Assembly: GCA_027310365.1 (NCBI GenBank)
Contig: DAIDAY010000002.1
Location: 1-63,842 of the forward strand
From: a bacterium
GTDB lineage: Bacteria; Patescibacteriota; Minisyncoccia; UBA6257; GWB1-50-10
Reading direction: 5' to 3'
Length of the DNA stretch: 63,842 nucleotides
In this document: piece by piece, positions 1-9,566 of the stretch
How the letters are laid out: every line of letters begins with the position of its first letter
Numbering within the stretch: the stretch's first letter is position 1
Notes under the pieces: model-generated
Databases searched by the model: none
The model's input: the letters and a program-made list of their open reading frames with translations, nothing else
What the model was told of the DNA's origin: nothing
Position numbers and translations under genes: made by a program

Positions 1-86
1 TCCCTGACCCCGTACCCTGCCCGGACCATCCGGACCGCTTCCATCCGGAGGCGGAGCAACCTTTTGTTTGTTTCGTACATACCCAT
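1..86 (-). mobile_element. 5' end of a probable IS481-like transposase/integrase (HTH start), running off the window edge
   Basis: Minus-strand translation from ATG at 86 is MGMYETNKRLLRLRMEAVRMVRAGYGVR, resembling the N-terminal HTH of CPR IS481-type transposases. Only 28 codons are visible. Confidence 0.45.
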
Positions 87-211
87 ATTCTAACCCTCCA
101 GTGTTTCCAAGCTATTGAACCATTACGTGGTATTGACCTTTGCATATATATGTTGTCCTAACCCGTTTCCACCCTCATCTTACTGACGCATCCCCACCTT
201 TTTAATTTTCA

Positions 212-247
212 TCCACAGTTATTTAGCCATGGCTAAATAACTGTGGA
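212..247. repeat. Perfect 36-bp palindrome immediately upstream of the promoter of the PaaX-like gene
   Basis: TCCACAGTTATTTAGCCA|TGGCTAAATAACTGTGGA, followed by extended -10 TGGTATAAT at 251-259. Confidence 0.9.
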
Positions 248-271
248 GAATGGTATAATATTTGCATCACT

Positions 272-877
272 ATGGCAGATGACAAAAAGCGCAAAAACGA
301 AAACAGGAAGATGAGATTGCGAAAAAATTCCAACCCGCACAAAATCATGCGCCAACTTGTAGCGGGCGGAGGCATCTTGTTAATTTCACTCGCCTCGCCG
401 GTTGCTGGAGCTGCAATGATCAAGAATTTATTGCGCGGATATTTTTATAAGAGATCCTTTGAAAAAGAGAGGTTTTTAAGAGATTTGAAAAACTTGCAAA
501 GGCGTGAATTGATAGATTTTAAGGAACTGGACGGCGGCAGGGTTCAGATCGTGATCACACGGGCGGGGCGGCAAAAAATGCTTTCCTACGATATTGACGA
601 TATTCATTTAAAAAAGACGGGGAAATGGGACAAAAAATGGCGGCTCATTATCTTTGATATACCGGTCAATCAGAAGCAAGCCAGAGATGCATTCGGCAGG
701 AAATTGCGTAGCATGAATTTCTACCCCCTGCAGAAAAGTGTTTATGTTGCGCCTTATCCATGCGAAGACGAGATAGAGTTTTTGGCGATGATCTTCGATG
801 TGCGCAGGCACATCCTTATTCTGCATGTCAGTGATTTTGAGGGAGAGGAAAAACTCAAAAATCACTTTGGGTTATGA
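272..877 (+). CDS. PaaX-family regulator (wHTH plus Cas2-like central domain), CPR type
   Basis: WDKKWRLIIFDIP...RDAFGRKL...F..LQKSVYV.PYPC motif preceded by a wHTH wing (ITRAG). Confidence 0.8.
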   Translation: MADDKKRKNENRKMRLRKNSNPHKIMRQLVAGGGILLISLASPVAGAAMIKNLLRGYFYKRSFEKERFLRDLKNLQRRELIDFKELDGGRVQIVITRAGRQKMLSYDIDDIHLKKTGKWDKKWRLIIFDIPVNQKQARDAFGRKLRSMNFYPLQKSVYVAPYPCEDEIEFLAMIFDVRRHILILHVSDFEGEEKLKNHFGL

Positions 878-905
878 TGCCTCTGTGTTTAATCCATAAT
901 TAAAA

Positions 906-928
906 AGCCATGGCTAAATAACTGTGGA
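906..928. repeat. 23-bp direct copy of the upstream palindrome, downstream of the PaaX-like gene
   Basis: AGCCATGGCTAAATAACTGTGGA is identical to 225-247. Confidence 0.9.
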
Positions 929-948
929 TATCGCACCGCGGATAATTT

Positions 949-2055
949 TTATAGAGTTAAATTTGCTTGGGCCGCGATGCGGCGGTTTTTCTTTTTCAAG
1001 ATTTGGATGTATGCGGCGGCGGCAATCATTGCGGCGTTATCGGTATTAAATTCCATGGGCGGCGCGAAGAAATTGACGTGTAGCTCGTGGCTTGCAGCCT
1101 GTAGCGCATCTCTCAATGCTTTATTTGCTGCGACGCCGCCGGCGAGAATGATCGATTTTGCTTTGAATTCCTTGGCGGCCTTGGCGGTTTTGTAAACCAG
1201 GGTTTCCACGGCCGCTGCCTGGAAACTCGCCGCAACGTCCTCGATGAATTTGTTGCTCTTAAATTGGCTCTCGTGGTCTTTTATATAGTAAAGCACCGAT
1301 GTTTTCAATCCCGAAAAACTGAAGTCGTAGTTCTTCCCTCTCATCATGGGGCGAGGAAAGTCTATCGATGCTTCGTCACCATTCTCCGCCATTTTTTGTA
1401 TCTCCGGACCACCGGGATAGGGGAGACCAAGCATCCTCGCCACTTTGTCGAATGCCTCCCCTACAGCATCGTCTCTCGTCTCGCCGAGTTTTTTCCACTG
1501 GGTCAGCGACTTCAAGAGGAGAAGAATGGTATGTCCCCCGGAAACCACGAGCCCGATTGCCGGGGAAATTTTCGCTCTTGAAAATTGGAAATGAGAAATG
1601 GGAAATTGGGATTTTTGGGTCAGCAGAAAGCTGTAGAGATGTCCCTCCATGTGGTTTACCCCGACGAGCTTCGATCCGGGGAAGTGATTGTGATGAATTT
1701 CTTTTGCGAAGTTGATGCCGGTCCAGAGTGCCGGTTCGAGTCCAGGGCCTACGGTCACCGCAACTGCGTCCACCTTCATATTCGGTGTTTTGCCGGCGGC
1801 ATTTTGCGCTTGTTTGGAACTTGAGATTTTGGATTCAGAATTTGCAAGGATCCGTTCAAGGATGACGGGCAAATTCTTGAGGTGTTCCCGCTTTGCGATA
1901 TTAGGAACCACGCCGCCGAAAGGTGCGTGAAAGGAGATTTGCGAAGAAACGATGTTCTCGAGAACCCTGAAGCGTGGCGCTTTTAATCCGCCGCTCGCTT
2001 CTACGATGGCGATTGCCGTTTCGTCGCAACTTGTTTCTATGGATAAAATTTTCAT
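949..2055 (-). CDS. tsaD: tRNA N6-adenosine threonylcarbamoyltransferase
   Basis: IETSCDET, GGVVP, HMEGH, VSGGHT, DDAVGEAFDK, FSFSGLKT, DNAAMIA. Confidence 0.97.
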   Translation of the reverse strand: MKILSIETSCDETAIAIVEASGGLKAPRFRVLENIVSSQISFHAPFGGVVPNIAKREHLKNLPVILERILANSESKISSSKQAQNAAGKTPNMKVDAVAVTVGPGLEPALWTGINFAKEIHHNHFPGSKLVGVNHMEGHLYSFLLTQKSQFPISHFQFSRAKISPAIGLVVSGGHTILLLLKSLTQWKKLGETRDDAVGEAFDKVARMLGLPYPGGPEIQKMAENGDEASIDFPRPMMRGKNYDFSFSGLKTSVLYYIKDHESQFKSNKFIEDVAASFQAAAVETLVYKTAKAAKEFKAKSIILAGGVAANKALRDALQAASHELHVNFFAPPMEFNTDNAAMIAAAAYIQILKKKNRRIAAQANLTL

Positions 2056-2117
2056 ACAGCCGGTCGCAAGGTATATAATATAGTAAAAGTGAAAGGTCGC
2101 CTTTACAAGTTTTGCTC

Positions 2118-2522
2118 ATGATTCAATTTTTATTCATTTTCAGCGATTGGGGGCTCCTCATCTTGCGATTTGTCCTTGGACTTATCATGGCGAAGCACGG
2201 TTTTCCGAAGATGAAAGATTTGAAAACGACGGGCGCGAGTTTCGGGGATATGGGCTTTAAACCCGGCCGTTTTTGGGGGACGCTTGTCGCTCTCGCTGAA
2301 GTTGCCGGCGGTCTAGCGTTAATACTCGGATTTCTCACCCAGATTTTTGCCGTCATCCTCCTCATCGAGTTTGTGGTCATTCTTTTGAAAGTAAAACGGA
2401 AAGCGGGTTTCGTCGGCGGTTATGAATTTGAACTCCTGATTTTCGCAGCGCTTTTCCTCCTCGTGCTCTTCGGCGCTGGCTCCCGAAGTTTGGATTGGGC
2501 GCTCGGCCTCGTCGTTTTTTAG
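2118..2522 (+). CDS. DoxX family membrane protein
   Basis: LILR..G...HG..K, E..GG..LILG, GGYE, GAG..SLD. Confidence 0.9.
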   Translation: MIQFLFIFSDWGLLILRFVLGLIMAKHGFPKMKDLKTTGASFGDMGFKPGRFWGTLVALAEVAGGLALILGFLTQIFAVILLIEFVVILLKVKRKAGFVGGYEFELLIFAALFLLVLFGAGSRSLDWALGLVVF

Positions 2523-4001
2523 ATGAGTTCTCGTATGCGTTTCTATGAAATCTTGCCCGGCCTCGCCGCTTGGCTGACGCTTTTGGTCTTGATGTTTGCT
2601 TCCTGGCAGTTGCCTCAGGCGGTTGTCGTGTTTATTTTACTCTACGATTTTTATTGGATCCTTAAATTGTTTTATCTCTTTCTTCACCTGCGTTACGCTT
2701 TCTCCAGGATGAGAAAAAATCTCAAAACCGATTGGCTGGAAAAGCTGCGCAGCGAGAATCTTGCGTGGGAAAATATTTACCATTTGCTTATTTTGCCGAC
2801 CTATCGGGAGCCGTACGCCGTCGTCGAGAGCAGTTTCGAAAGCTTGGCAAAAACCAACTATCCCCAAGAGAAGCTCCTTGTGGTTTTGGCGCTCGAGGAA
2901 CGCGCCGGCGCGGAAGACGTCGGGGTTGCAGAAAAAATAAAAAAGAAATTCGGCGAATCGTTCGGCGGATTTCTCATCACCGTTCACCCCAGTGGATTGC
3001 TCGGTGAAATTCCCGGCAAGGGTTCCAACGAGGCGTGGGCGGCGCGCCATGCCGTTCCCGCCTTGGTCGACCAGAGCGGCATACCGCATGAACGCGTCAT
3101 TGTGTCGGTTTTCGATATCGATACACGGACGGATTCGAATTACTTCGGCGTCTTGACGTATTCCTTCTTGAGGGCCGAAAAACCTCTCCGTTCCAGTTTC
3201 CAGCCGATACCTTTTTTCACGAATAACCTTACATCGACAAAATTTTTTGCGCGGCTCATTGGCTTCTCATCGACATTCTGGCAACTCATGCAATCCTCAA
3301 GGCCAGAACAGTTGGTTACCTTCTCTTCCCACAGCATCCCCCTTCAGGCTCTCATTGATGTCGGCTTTTGGGAAACCAACCTGGTATCAGAGGATTCGAG
3401 AATTTTTTTCCAGTGCCTGAATCGCTACGACGGCGACTGGCGGACCGTCCCGCTGTTCTACCCGGTTTACATGGATGCGGTTCGAGGAAGAAGTTTTTGG
3501 GACTCTATGGTCAGTTTGTATAAACAGCAACGCCGTTGGGCGTGGGGGGCCGAGAATTTTGCGTATCTCGTCCGCGACTTCAAGGTGAATGGGAAAGTGC
3601 CTGTCGAAAAAAAGAGATTTTGGATCCGAACGATGTTTGAAGGATTCTATTCTTGGTCGACCAGTTCCTTCATCATATTTTTCTTCGGCATCATGCCGAA
3701 CATCCTGGGAGGAGAAGGTTTCAAGAACTCCGTCTTGTCGTATAACCTGCCCCGGATGACAGGCGTTATCCTGAATTTGAGCACTATCGGCATCATCGTC
3801 TCGGCGATTCTGAGCTTGGTGCTTATGGTACCGCGGACCAAAGATTTTAAGAAAAAATACTATCTTTTGTATCTTTTGGAGTGGGCGCTTATGCCCATCG
3901 TCTTCATATTCTTCGGAGCCATACCAGCCCTGGATGCGCAAACGCGCCTCATGATCGGCGGCAAGGCGCGCCTCGGCTATTGGCGAACGCCGAAAAGATA
4001 G
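2523..4001 (+). CDS. Membrane GT2-family glycosyltransferase
   Basis: PTYRE, GKG.N, DID, SED and QQRRW motifs with flanking TM helices. Confidence 0.85.
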   Translation: MSSRMRFYEILPGLAAWLTLLVLMFASWQLPQAVVVFILLYDFYWILKLFYLFLHLRYAFSRMRKNLKTDWLEKLRSENLAWENIYHLLILPTYREPYAVVESSFESLAKTNYPQEKLLVVLALEERAGAEDVGVAEKIKKKFGESFGGFLITVHPSGLLGEIPGKGSNEAWAARHAVPALVDQSGIPHERVIVSVFDIDTRTDSNYFGVLTYSFLRAEKPLRSSFQPIPFFTNNLTSTKFFARLIGFSSTFWQLMQSSRPEQLVTFSSHSIPLQALIDVGFWETNLVSEDSRIFFQCLNRYDGDWRTVPLFYPVYMDAVRGRSFWDSMVSLYKQQRRWAWGAENFAYLVRDFKVNGKVPVEKKRFWIRTMFEGFYSWSTSSFIIFFFGIMPNILGGEGFKNSVLSYNLPRMTGVILNLSTIGIIVSAILSLVLMVPRTKDFKKKYYLLYLLEWALMPIVFIFFGAIPALDAQTRLMIGGKARLGYWRTPKR

Positions 4002-4065
4002 TTCAAAGTTAAAGAGTTTTGCATTCCAGCTTTGACGTTTGAGTATCGCATTTTAAACTAAGGTT

Positions 4066-4599
4066 ATGTCTGAATACATCACACGGGCGATCGTTTTGGG
4101 CTTTGAAGGAAAAAAAGAACACGACAAAGTGTTTGATCTCTACACAGAAAGCTTCGGCCGCATACGCGTGCAATCTCCCGGAGGCAGAAAAATACTCTCC
4201 AAGTTATCTCCCCATTTGGATACGGCTGATTTTGCCACGGTGAAAATCATTGAAAAGAACAATCTTACGCTTGCAGATTCCTTTCGGGAGGAAAAGATAA
4301 CGGAGAAAAATGGTAATGCCGTCTTTTTCGCCCGGATGCTGAGGGTGCTTTCACTCGTGAAGCGGCTTTCACCCGAAGGCTTGCCCGATGGAGGCCTGTG
4401 GCATTTCCTTGGAGATGCTCGTCGCCGGGGGGAGATCGATTTCCGCGCGTTGCTGGGACACTTGGGTTACGGTGTGGAAAATGCGTCGTGTGAAGAATGT
4501 GGATCTCGGCGCGTAACGGCCTTCAGCGAAGCGAGCCAGGAATTTTTTTGCGATGCATGTTGTTTAAAGCTGCCCGGAAATAACGTATTATACCTCTAA
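4066..4599 (+). CDS. recO: DNA repair protein RecO (short CPR form)
   Basis: N-terminal OB-like T.AIVL...E.D...LYT...G, G.RKI.SKL..HL and a C-terminal CxxC...CxxC. Confidence 0.8.
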   Translation: MSEYITRAIVLGFEGKKEHDKVFDLYTESFGRIRVQSPGGRKILSKLSPHLDTADFATVKIIEKNNLTLADSFREEKITEKNGNAVFFARMLRVLSLVKRLSPEGLPDGGLWHFLGDARRRGEIDFRALLGHLGYGVENASCEECGSRRVTAFSEASQEFFCDACCLKLPGNNVLYL

Positions 4600-4618
4600 A
4601 CAGAAACAACGCGGGAAA

Positions 4619-6415
4619 ATGTCTCTCAAAGCTATAGAAAAAAGAATGAGGAAGTACCGGAAGAGTACGGAGAGGAATTACTTACCTCGCTGGATAAAAA
4701 GAACCCTTACGGGAGCGATCGTCGTCGGTTTGCTGATCATTGTCTTTGGCGCCGCTTTCATCGTGTATTATTTGAACGAGCCCCGAGGCGTCGACTTGGC
4801 AGTGTCAGCCCCTTCGGATGTCGCGCGGGGCGTTCCTTTTGAGCTGGACGTTAACATCACAAACATTTCGGGGGCCCCGATGCAAAATGGTTTACTCACC
4901 GTGACATTGCCGGAAGGTCTCCTCCTGTGGAGCTCGAAGATCAACGGCAATATTTATTCGGAGAGCATCGGCAGCGTCGGTACCGGCAGTCTGACGAAGA
5001 AGGTGTATAAAATCATTGCGGTGGGAGGCTTGAATTCCCGTCAGGACCTTGCGGTTTCTTTTTCTTATCTCAATCAAAACGGAACGCGGTTTGAAGTGAA
5101 AAGCGGCGCAGCCGTTCTCGTTTCGAGCGAGGTGGTGAGCGCGAGCGTCGTCAAACCCGACCAGATTCTGAACGGCTCATCCTTCTCTTTTACGGTGAAC
5201 TATGTCAACAATTCCGATTTCGATTTTCCCAATCTGGTATTGGAAGCCGATTTTCCTGATTCTTATACCTTTGATTCGGCTTCTGAGCCGCCTTCCTCGC
5301 TTTCGAATGTGTGGCAATTGGGATCCTCTCTTGCCCGTTCAACGGGAACCATTGCGATCAAGGGAAAATTTTCCAATTCCAGCGCTTCGTCGTTTGACAT
5401 CCCCCTCAAATTTTTCACCGTTTTGAACGGGAAGAACTATCAGGTCGCCGATTACGACGCTTCCTTTTCTCTCTCGCCGTCACCCATTGGGATAAGCATT
5501 TTTACCAACGGAATGGACCATTATGTCGCGAAGCCGGTGGACACTTTGAATTACGTCATCCAGTACAACAATATGAGCGGCATCGCCCTCACCAACGTCA
5601 CGGTGAAAGCTGCCTTGAGCGGTTTTGGCAATTGGTCGTCGGTGAAGACGGACGGCAGTTTCGATCCCAACGTTAGGACAATAACGTGGACGAGCGCCAC
5701 GACGCCCCCTTTGCAATTTATTTCCCCCGGCGGGACCGGGAGACTCAACTTCAGCCTGAACGTAAGTTCCGCAATCCCGACATCTCTCCAGGGATTGTCG
5801 ACCAAGAACCTGTACGTAAGAGTCGTCGCTTCCGTAAGTTCTCCCTCTGTGCCGTACTATGTTTCGGGCAACAGCACGTTCGCGGAGACGTCGGTCGAGA
5901 CGAAAATTTCAAGTTTGGTATATTTGAACGCTCGGGCGCTTTTGCAAGATCCGGGAAGCGGCATCGTCAATGCGAGGAGTTTCCCTCCGAAAGCAGGGGT
6001 GCCCACCACTTATACTCTCCACTGGCTTTTGAGCAATTATGGGAACGACTTAAGTGAAGTGAAAATCTCCGCGCCGCTGCCGCCGGGCGTTACTTTCACC
6101 GACATCGCAAAAAGTAACATTGCATCCTCGACGCCGGCGTACGATACCTCGACCCAGAGCATGGTTTGGAACGTCGGCGATGTTGTGGCGAACAGCGGCC
6201 TTATCACCGGTCCCATCGAGGGTATTTTTCAGGTGCAAGCGACGCCGGATGCGAGCGATATCGGTTCCTATAAAACGATTTTGGGAAAAACGATTTTGAG
6301 CGGCAACGACAATTTTACGGGGACGTCCGTCAACGCTTCGTATGAGCCGCTGACGACGCTTCTTCCCACCGACCTTACGGTTTCGCCCGGAGAGGGGGTC
6401 GTCACGCAGCGATAA
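4619..6415 (+). CDS. Membrane-anchored beta-rich surface protein (DUF11/Ig-like repeats)
   Basis: One N-terminal TM helix, then Ser/Thr-rich beta repeats (Y.I.Y.N.S...L.NV, LP.G). Confidence 0.7.
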   Translation: MSLKAIEKRMRKYRKSTERNYLPRWIKRTLTGAIVVGLLIIVFGAAFIVYYLNEPRGVDLAVSAPSDVARGVPFELDVNITNISGAPMQNGLLTVTLPEGLLLWSSKINGNIYSESIGSVGTGSLTKKVYKIIAVGGLNSRQDLAVSFSYLNQNGTRFEVKSGAAVLVSSEVVSASVVKPDQILNGSSFSFTVNYVNNSDFDFPNLVLEADFPDSYTFDSASEPPSSLSNVWQLGSSLARSTGTIAIKGKFSNSSASSFDIPLKFFTVLNGKNYQVADYDASFSLSPSPIGISIFTNGMDHYVAKPVDTLNYVIQYNNMSGIALTNVTVKAALSGFGNWSSVKTDGSFDPNVRTITWTSATTPPLQFISPGGTGRLNFSLNVSSAIPTSLQGLSTKNLYVRVVASVSSPSVPYYVSGNSTFAETSVETKISSLVYLNARALLQDPGSGIVNARSFPPKAGVPTTYTLHWLLSNYGNDLSEVKISAPLPPGVTFTDIAKSNIASSTPAYDTSTQSMVWNVGDVVANSGLITGPIEGIFQVQATPDASDIGSYKTILGKTILSGNDNFTGTSVNASYEPLTTLLPTDLTVSPGEGVVTQR

Positions 6416-6505
6416 AAAACCCCGATCCCCCGCAGAGACCTCCCTTCACCATCATGCATCCTCGCTCATCGTCATCCGCAGCGGAATATGCGGAGCTTCA
6501 CTCCG

Positions 6506-6543
6506 TCGCCTCAAAAATTAGTAGGTACTGAATTTTGAGGCGA
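6506..6543. repeat. Long intergenic hairpin
   Basis: TCGCCTCAAAA...TTTTGAGGCGA inverted repeat. Confidence 0.6.
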
Positions 6544-6699
6544 GTTCGGGATTCAAACACAGTCCCAGTCCCAGTTGTTTTCTCGCCTCTTCCTCTTCGC
6601 CTTCCTGCGCAGGCGGGTCGCTCCGGAGACAGCCTGAGCGAGGGATGCCGGTTGAGTGGTTTGGCACGGGATAGGTTTTAATGTACCATTGAGACGAAC

Positions 6700-8025
6700 A
6701 TGGATATCGGGGAAAAGGTGGCGAGTTTGGCGAAGCGAAGAGGATTTATTTATCCGGGGAGCGAAATTTACGGCGGCCTTGCCGGCACGTGGGATTACGG
6801 CCCGTTGGGCACCGAGCTCAAGCGCAATATCAAGAACGAATTCTGGAAATCGATGATCCAGGAACGGAGCGATGTCGTTGGGCTCGATGCCGCGATCATC
6901 ATGAACCCGAAGGTGTGGGAAGCATCCGGCCACTTGGAATCGTTTTCCGATCCGCTCGTGGAATGCAAAAGGTGCCATCACCGGTTCAGGGCCGACCATG
7001 GTGAAGGAAAGAAATGTCCGGACTGCGGCGGAGAGCTCACGGCGCCCAAAAAGTTCAATTTGATGGTTGAGACGTACCTCGGCGTGATTGAGGGCGAAAA
7101 GCAAAAAACATATCTCCGGGGAGAAATAACCCAGGGTGTCCATGTCAATTTCAAAAATATTTTATCGTCCACGCGCGTGAAAATCCCGTTCGGTGTCGCC
7201 CAAATCGGTAAGGCTTTCCGGAATGAGATAACGCCCGGCGGTTTCACCTTCCGATCGCGCGAATTTGAACAAATGGAACTCCAATACTACGTGAAGCCCG
7301 ATGACAAGGAATCCATGAAGCAGTTTGAATACTGGAAAAAAGAACGGATGGATTGGTATGTTTCGCTGGGAATAAACAAGAAAAACCTGCGATTCAAGGA
7401 ACACGCGAAGGACGAACTGGCTCATTATGCCAAAGCCGCTTTCGACATCGAATACAATGCCAAAGGGGAATGGAAGGAGATGGAAGGAATCCATCATCGC
7501 GGCGATTGGGATGTGAGTCGGCATCAGAAATTCTCGGGCGAGGACATGACATACTTCGACGAGGAAACGAAGGAGAAATTTCTCCCCTATATTATTGAAA
7601 CATCCGGCGGTGTTGATCGGGCGACGCTCTTTTTTCTCATGGATGCGTACGAAGAAGAAAAAGTGAAAGAAGGGGAAACAAGAGCGGTTCTGCGCTTGCA
7701 TCCGAAGCTCGCGCCGTACAAGGTGGCGGTTTTCCCGCTCCTCGCAAACAAGCCGAAACTTGTCGATGTCGCGAAAAGAATCTACGACGATTTGAAAAAA
7801 GATATGATGGTTGCGTGGGACGAGCGGGGAAACATCGGGAAGCGGTACCGCACGCAGGATGAAGCGGGAACGCCCTTCTGCGTCACGGTTGACTTTGACA
7901 GTCTTGGGAATGATGACGTAACCGTACGCGACCGGGATACCATGAAACAAGATCGTGTAAAAATCAAGGAGCTTGATTGGTATTTAAAAGAAAAGATTGG
8001 GGGGAAGAGTAAAGAGGGTAAATAG
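6700..8025 (+). CDS. glyQS: Glycine--tRNA ligase (alpha2 type)
   Basis: KRRGF.YP.SEIYGG, DYGPLG, GKAFRNEITP, REFEQME, IGKRYR.QDE.GTP. Confidence 0.97.
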   Translation: MDIGEKVASLAKRRGFIYPGSEIYGGLAGTWDYGPLGTELKRNIKNEFWKSMIQERSDVVGLDAAIIMNPKVWEASGHLESFSDPLVECKRCHHRFRADHGEGKKCPDCGGELTAPKKFNLMVETYLGVIEGEKQKTYLRGEITQGVHVNFKNILSSTRVKIPFGVAQIGKAFRNEITPGGFTFRSREFEQMELQYYVKPDDKESMKQFEYWKKERMDWYVSLGINKKNLRFKEHAKDELAHYAKAAFDIEYNAKGEWKEMEGIHHRGDWDVSRHQKFSGEDMTYFDEETKEKFLPYIIETSGGVDRATLFFLMDAYEEEKVKEGETRAVLRLHPKLAPYKVAVFPLLANKPKLVDVAKRIYDDLKKDMMVAWDERGNIGKRYRTQDEAGTPFCVTVDFDSLGNDDVTVRDRDTMKQDRVKIKELDWYLKEKIGGKSKEGK

Positions 8026-8042
8026 ATCGTCTTCGCGTCGCA

Positions 8043-8217
8043 AATGCTCCCGCAACGGTGACTCTCGATCTTGTTGCTTACGACTAATCTCCCCGATACG
8101 GGAAATTATGCTTGGCAATACGATTCCTCTATACCGAGGGGAAGCTATAAGATATCCATCGGTATCGATGGCAAGAGCGGAACGCCAGCCGTGAGCGGCG
8201 TTTTCACTCTTCAGTAG
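8043..8217 (+). pseudogene. Frameshifted remnant of a secreted Ig-like (Kre9/Ser-Thr-rich-type) domain
   Basis: NAPATVTLDLV in one frame, then TNLPDTGNYAWQYDSSIPRGSYKISIG...SGVFTLQ* in another, with no usable start. Confidence 0.35.
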
Positions 8218-8297
8218 ATCGAAAACAATCCGACGGAAAACCGGCAAGCTTTTCTTTGAGCTTGCCGGTTGTGTTTCCCCATCGGTATAATGGAATC

Positions 8298-9566
8298 ATG
8301 ACAAAACCGCAAAGATTCAAGTTGAAGAACGGACTCCGCGTCATCCTCGTGCCGGAGTCCCAGAATTTGACGACAACCGTCATGGTTTCCGTCGAAGCCG
8401 GATCGGAATACGAAACGAAAGAAATCAATGGCTTGTCGCATTTTCTTGAACACATGTGTTTCAAGGGGACGCACAAGCGGCCGACGGCCATGGACATTGC
8501 TTCCGAACTCGACGGCTTGGGAGCGCAGTATAATGCTTTCACATCCCAGGAGTCCACGAGCTATTATGCGAAAGCCAAGAATGAAAATGCTGGAGAAATC
8601 TTGGATGTGGTCGCGGATATGTACCGAGATCCGATGTTTGAACATCAAGAAATTGAAAAAGAACGCGGTGTCATCATCCAGGAACTCAACATGTACGAGG
8701 ATACGCCGATGCGACGGGTGGCGGAACTCTTCATGAACGTCGTGTACGGCGACCAGCCGGCGGGATGGGATATCGGCGGGAAAAAAGAAATTATCCGGAA
8801 ACTTTCCCGCGACGACTTTATCGACTATCGGAGCAAGCACTATCTTCCGCAGGCGACGGTGGTCACTATCGCGGGGGGGCGCGCAAAGAAAGAGATGCTC
8901 AAAAAGGCCGAGGATTACTTCAAAGGATTGCCGGGCGGGAAAAAAGGAGCAAAACCGAAGACGAAAGAGTCGCAGCGGAAGCCAGCCGAACTCGTTTCGT
9001 TCAAAGATGTCGATCAATCTCACCTCGTTTTGGGCTTCCGGGCGTTCGACGTATACGACAAGCGGAAATACGCTCTCAGGGTCGCCGCCGATATTTTGGG
9101 CGGCGGCATGAGTTCGCGGCTGTTCCAAAAAGTGAGGGAAGAACTCGGCGCGGCGTACTACGTGCGCGCCGATGCGGATCTCTCCATTGATCACGGCCTC
9201 TTTGAAATGGCTGCGGGCGTCGAACACGAGAAAATCGACCTGGTGGTGAAAGCCGCTCTCAAGGAATTCAGTAGGGCGGGAAATGAAAAGATCGGCGCGC
9301 AGGAGCTCGCGCGCGCCAAAGAGCACCTCATCGGGAATTTATTTATGTCCCTCGAAGGATCCGACGAAATCGGTTCCTTTTACGCCGCACAGGAAATCTT
9401 TAGACTGGGCCTCTCGACGCCGCAGGAAGTCGCAAAGAAGATCAACGCCGTGACGGCGGACGAAATACGGAGCGCCGTACGGCAAATCGTCCGGAACGAC
9501 CGGCTGAATTTGGCGGTTATCGGGCCCTTCAAGAAGCGGAGTTTTCTTGATATATTAAGGGTGTGA
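8298..9566 (+). CDS. M16 (pitrilysin-family) zinc peptidase
   Basis: HFLEH inverted zinc motif, NAFTS, GGGMSSRLFQ.VRE. ATG at 8298 follows TATAAT. Confidence 0.95.
   Translation: MTKPQRFKLKNGLRVILVPESQNLTTTVMVSVEAGSEYETKEINGLSHFLEHMCFKGTHKRPTAMDIASELDGLGAQYNAFTSQESTSYYAKAKNENAGEILDVVADMYRDPMFEHQEIEKERGVIIQELNMYEDTPMRRVAELFMNVVYGDQPAGWDIGGKKEIIRKLSRDDFIDYRSKHYLPQATVVTIAGGRAKKEMLKKAEDYFKGLPGGKKGAKPKTKESQRKPAELVSFKDVDQSHLVLGFRAFDVYDKRKYALRVAADILGGGMSSRLFQKVREELGAAYYVRADADLSIDHGLFEMAAGVEHEKIDLVVKAALKEFSRAGNEKIGAQELARAKEHLIGNLFMSLEGSDEIGSFYAAQEIFRLGLSTPQEVAKKINAVTADEIRSAVRQIVRNDRLNLAVIGPFKKRSFLDILRV

Noticed and set aside
272..877. cas2 / CRISPR-Cas locus
   Set aside because: The Cas2-like motif belongs to the PaaX-type domain. 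No cas1, other cas genes or repeat-spacer array were seen in the window.
8211..9326. Long antisense ORFs (also 17894-18988, 16838-17692, 38814-39719, 7162-7950)
   Set aside because: Shadows of well-supported genes on the opposite strand, with no motifs
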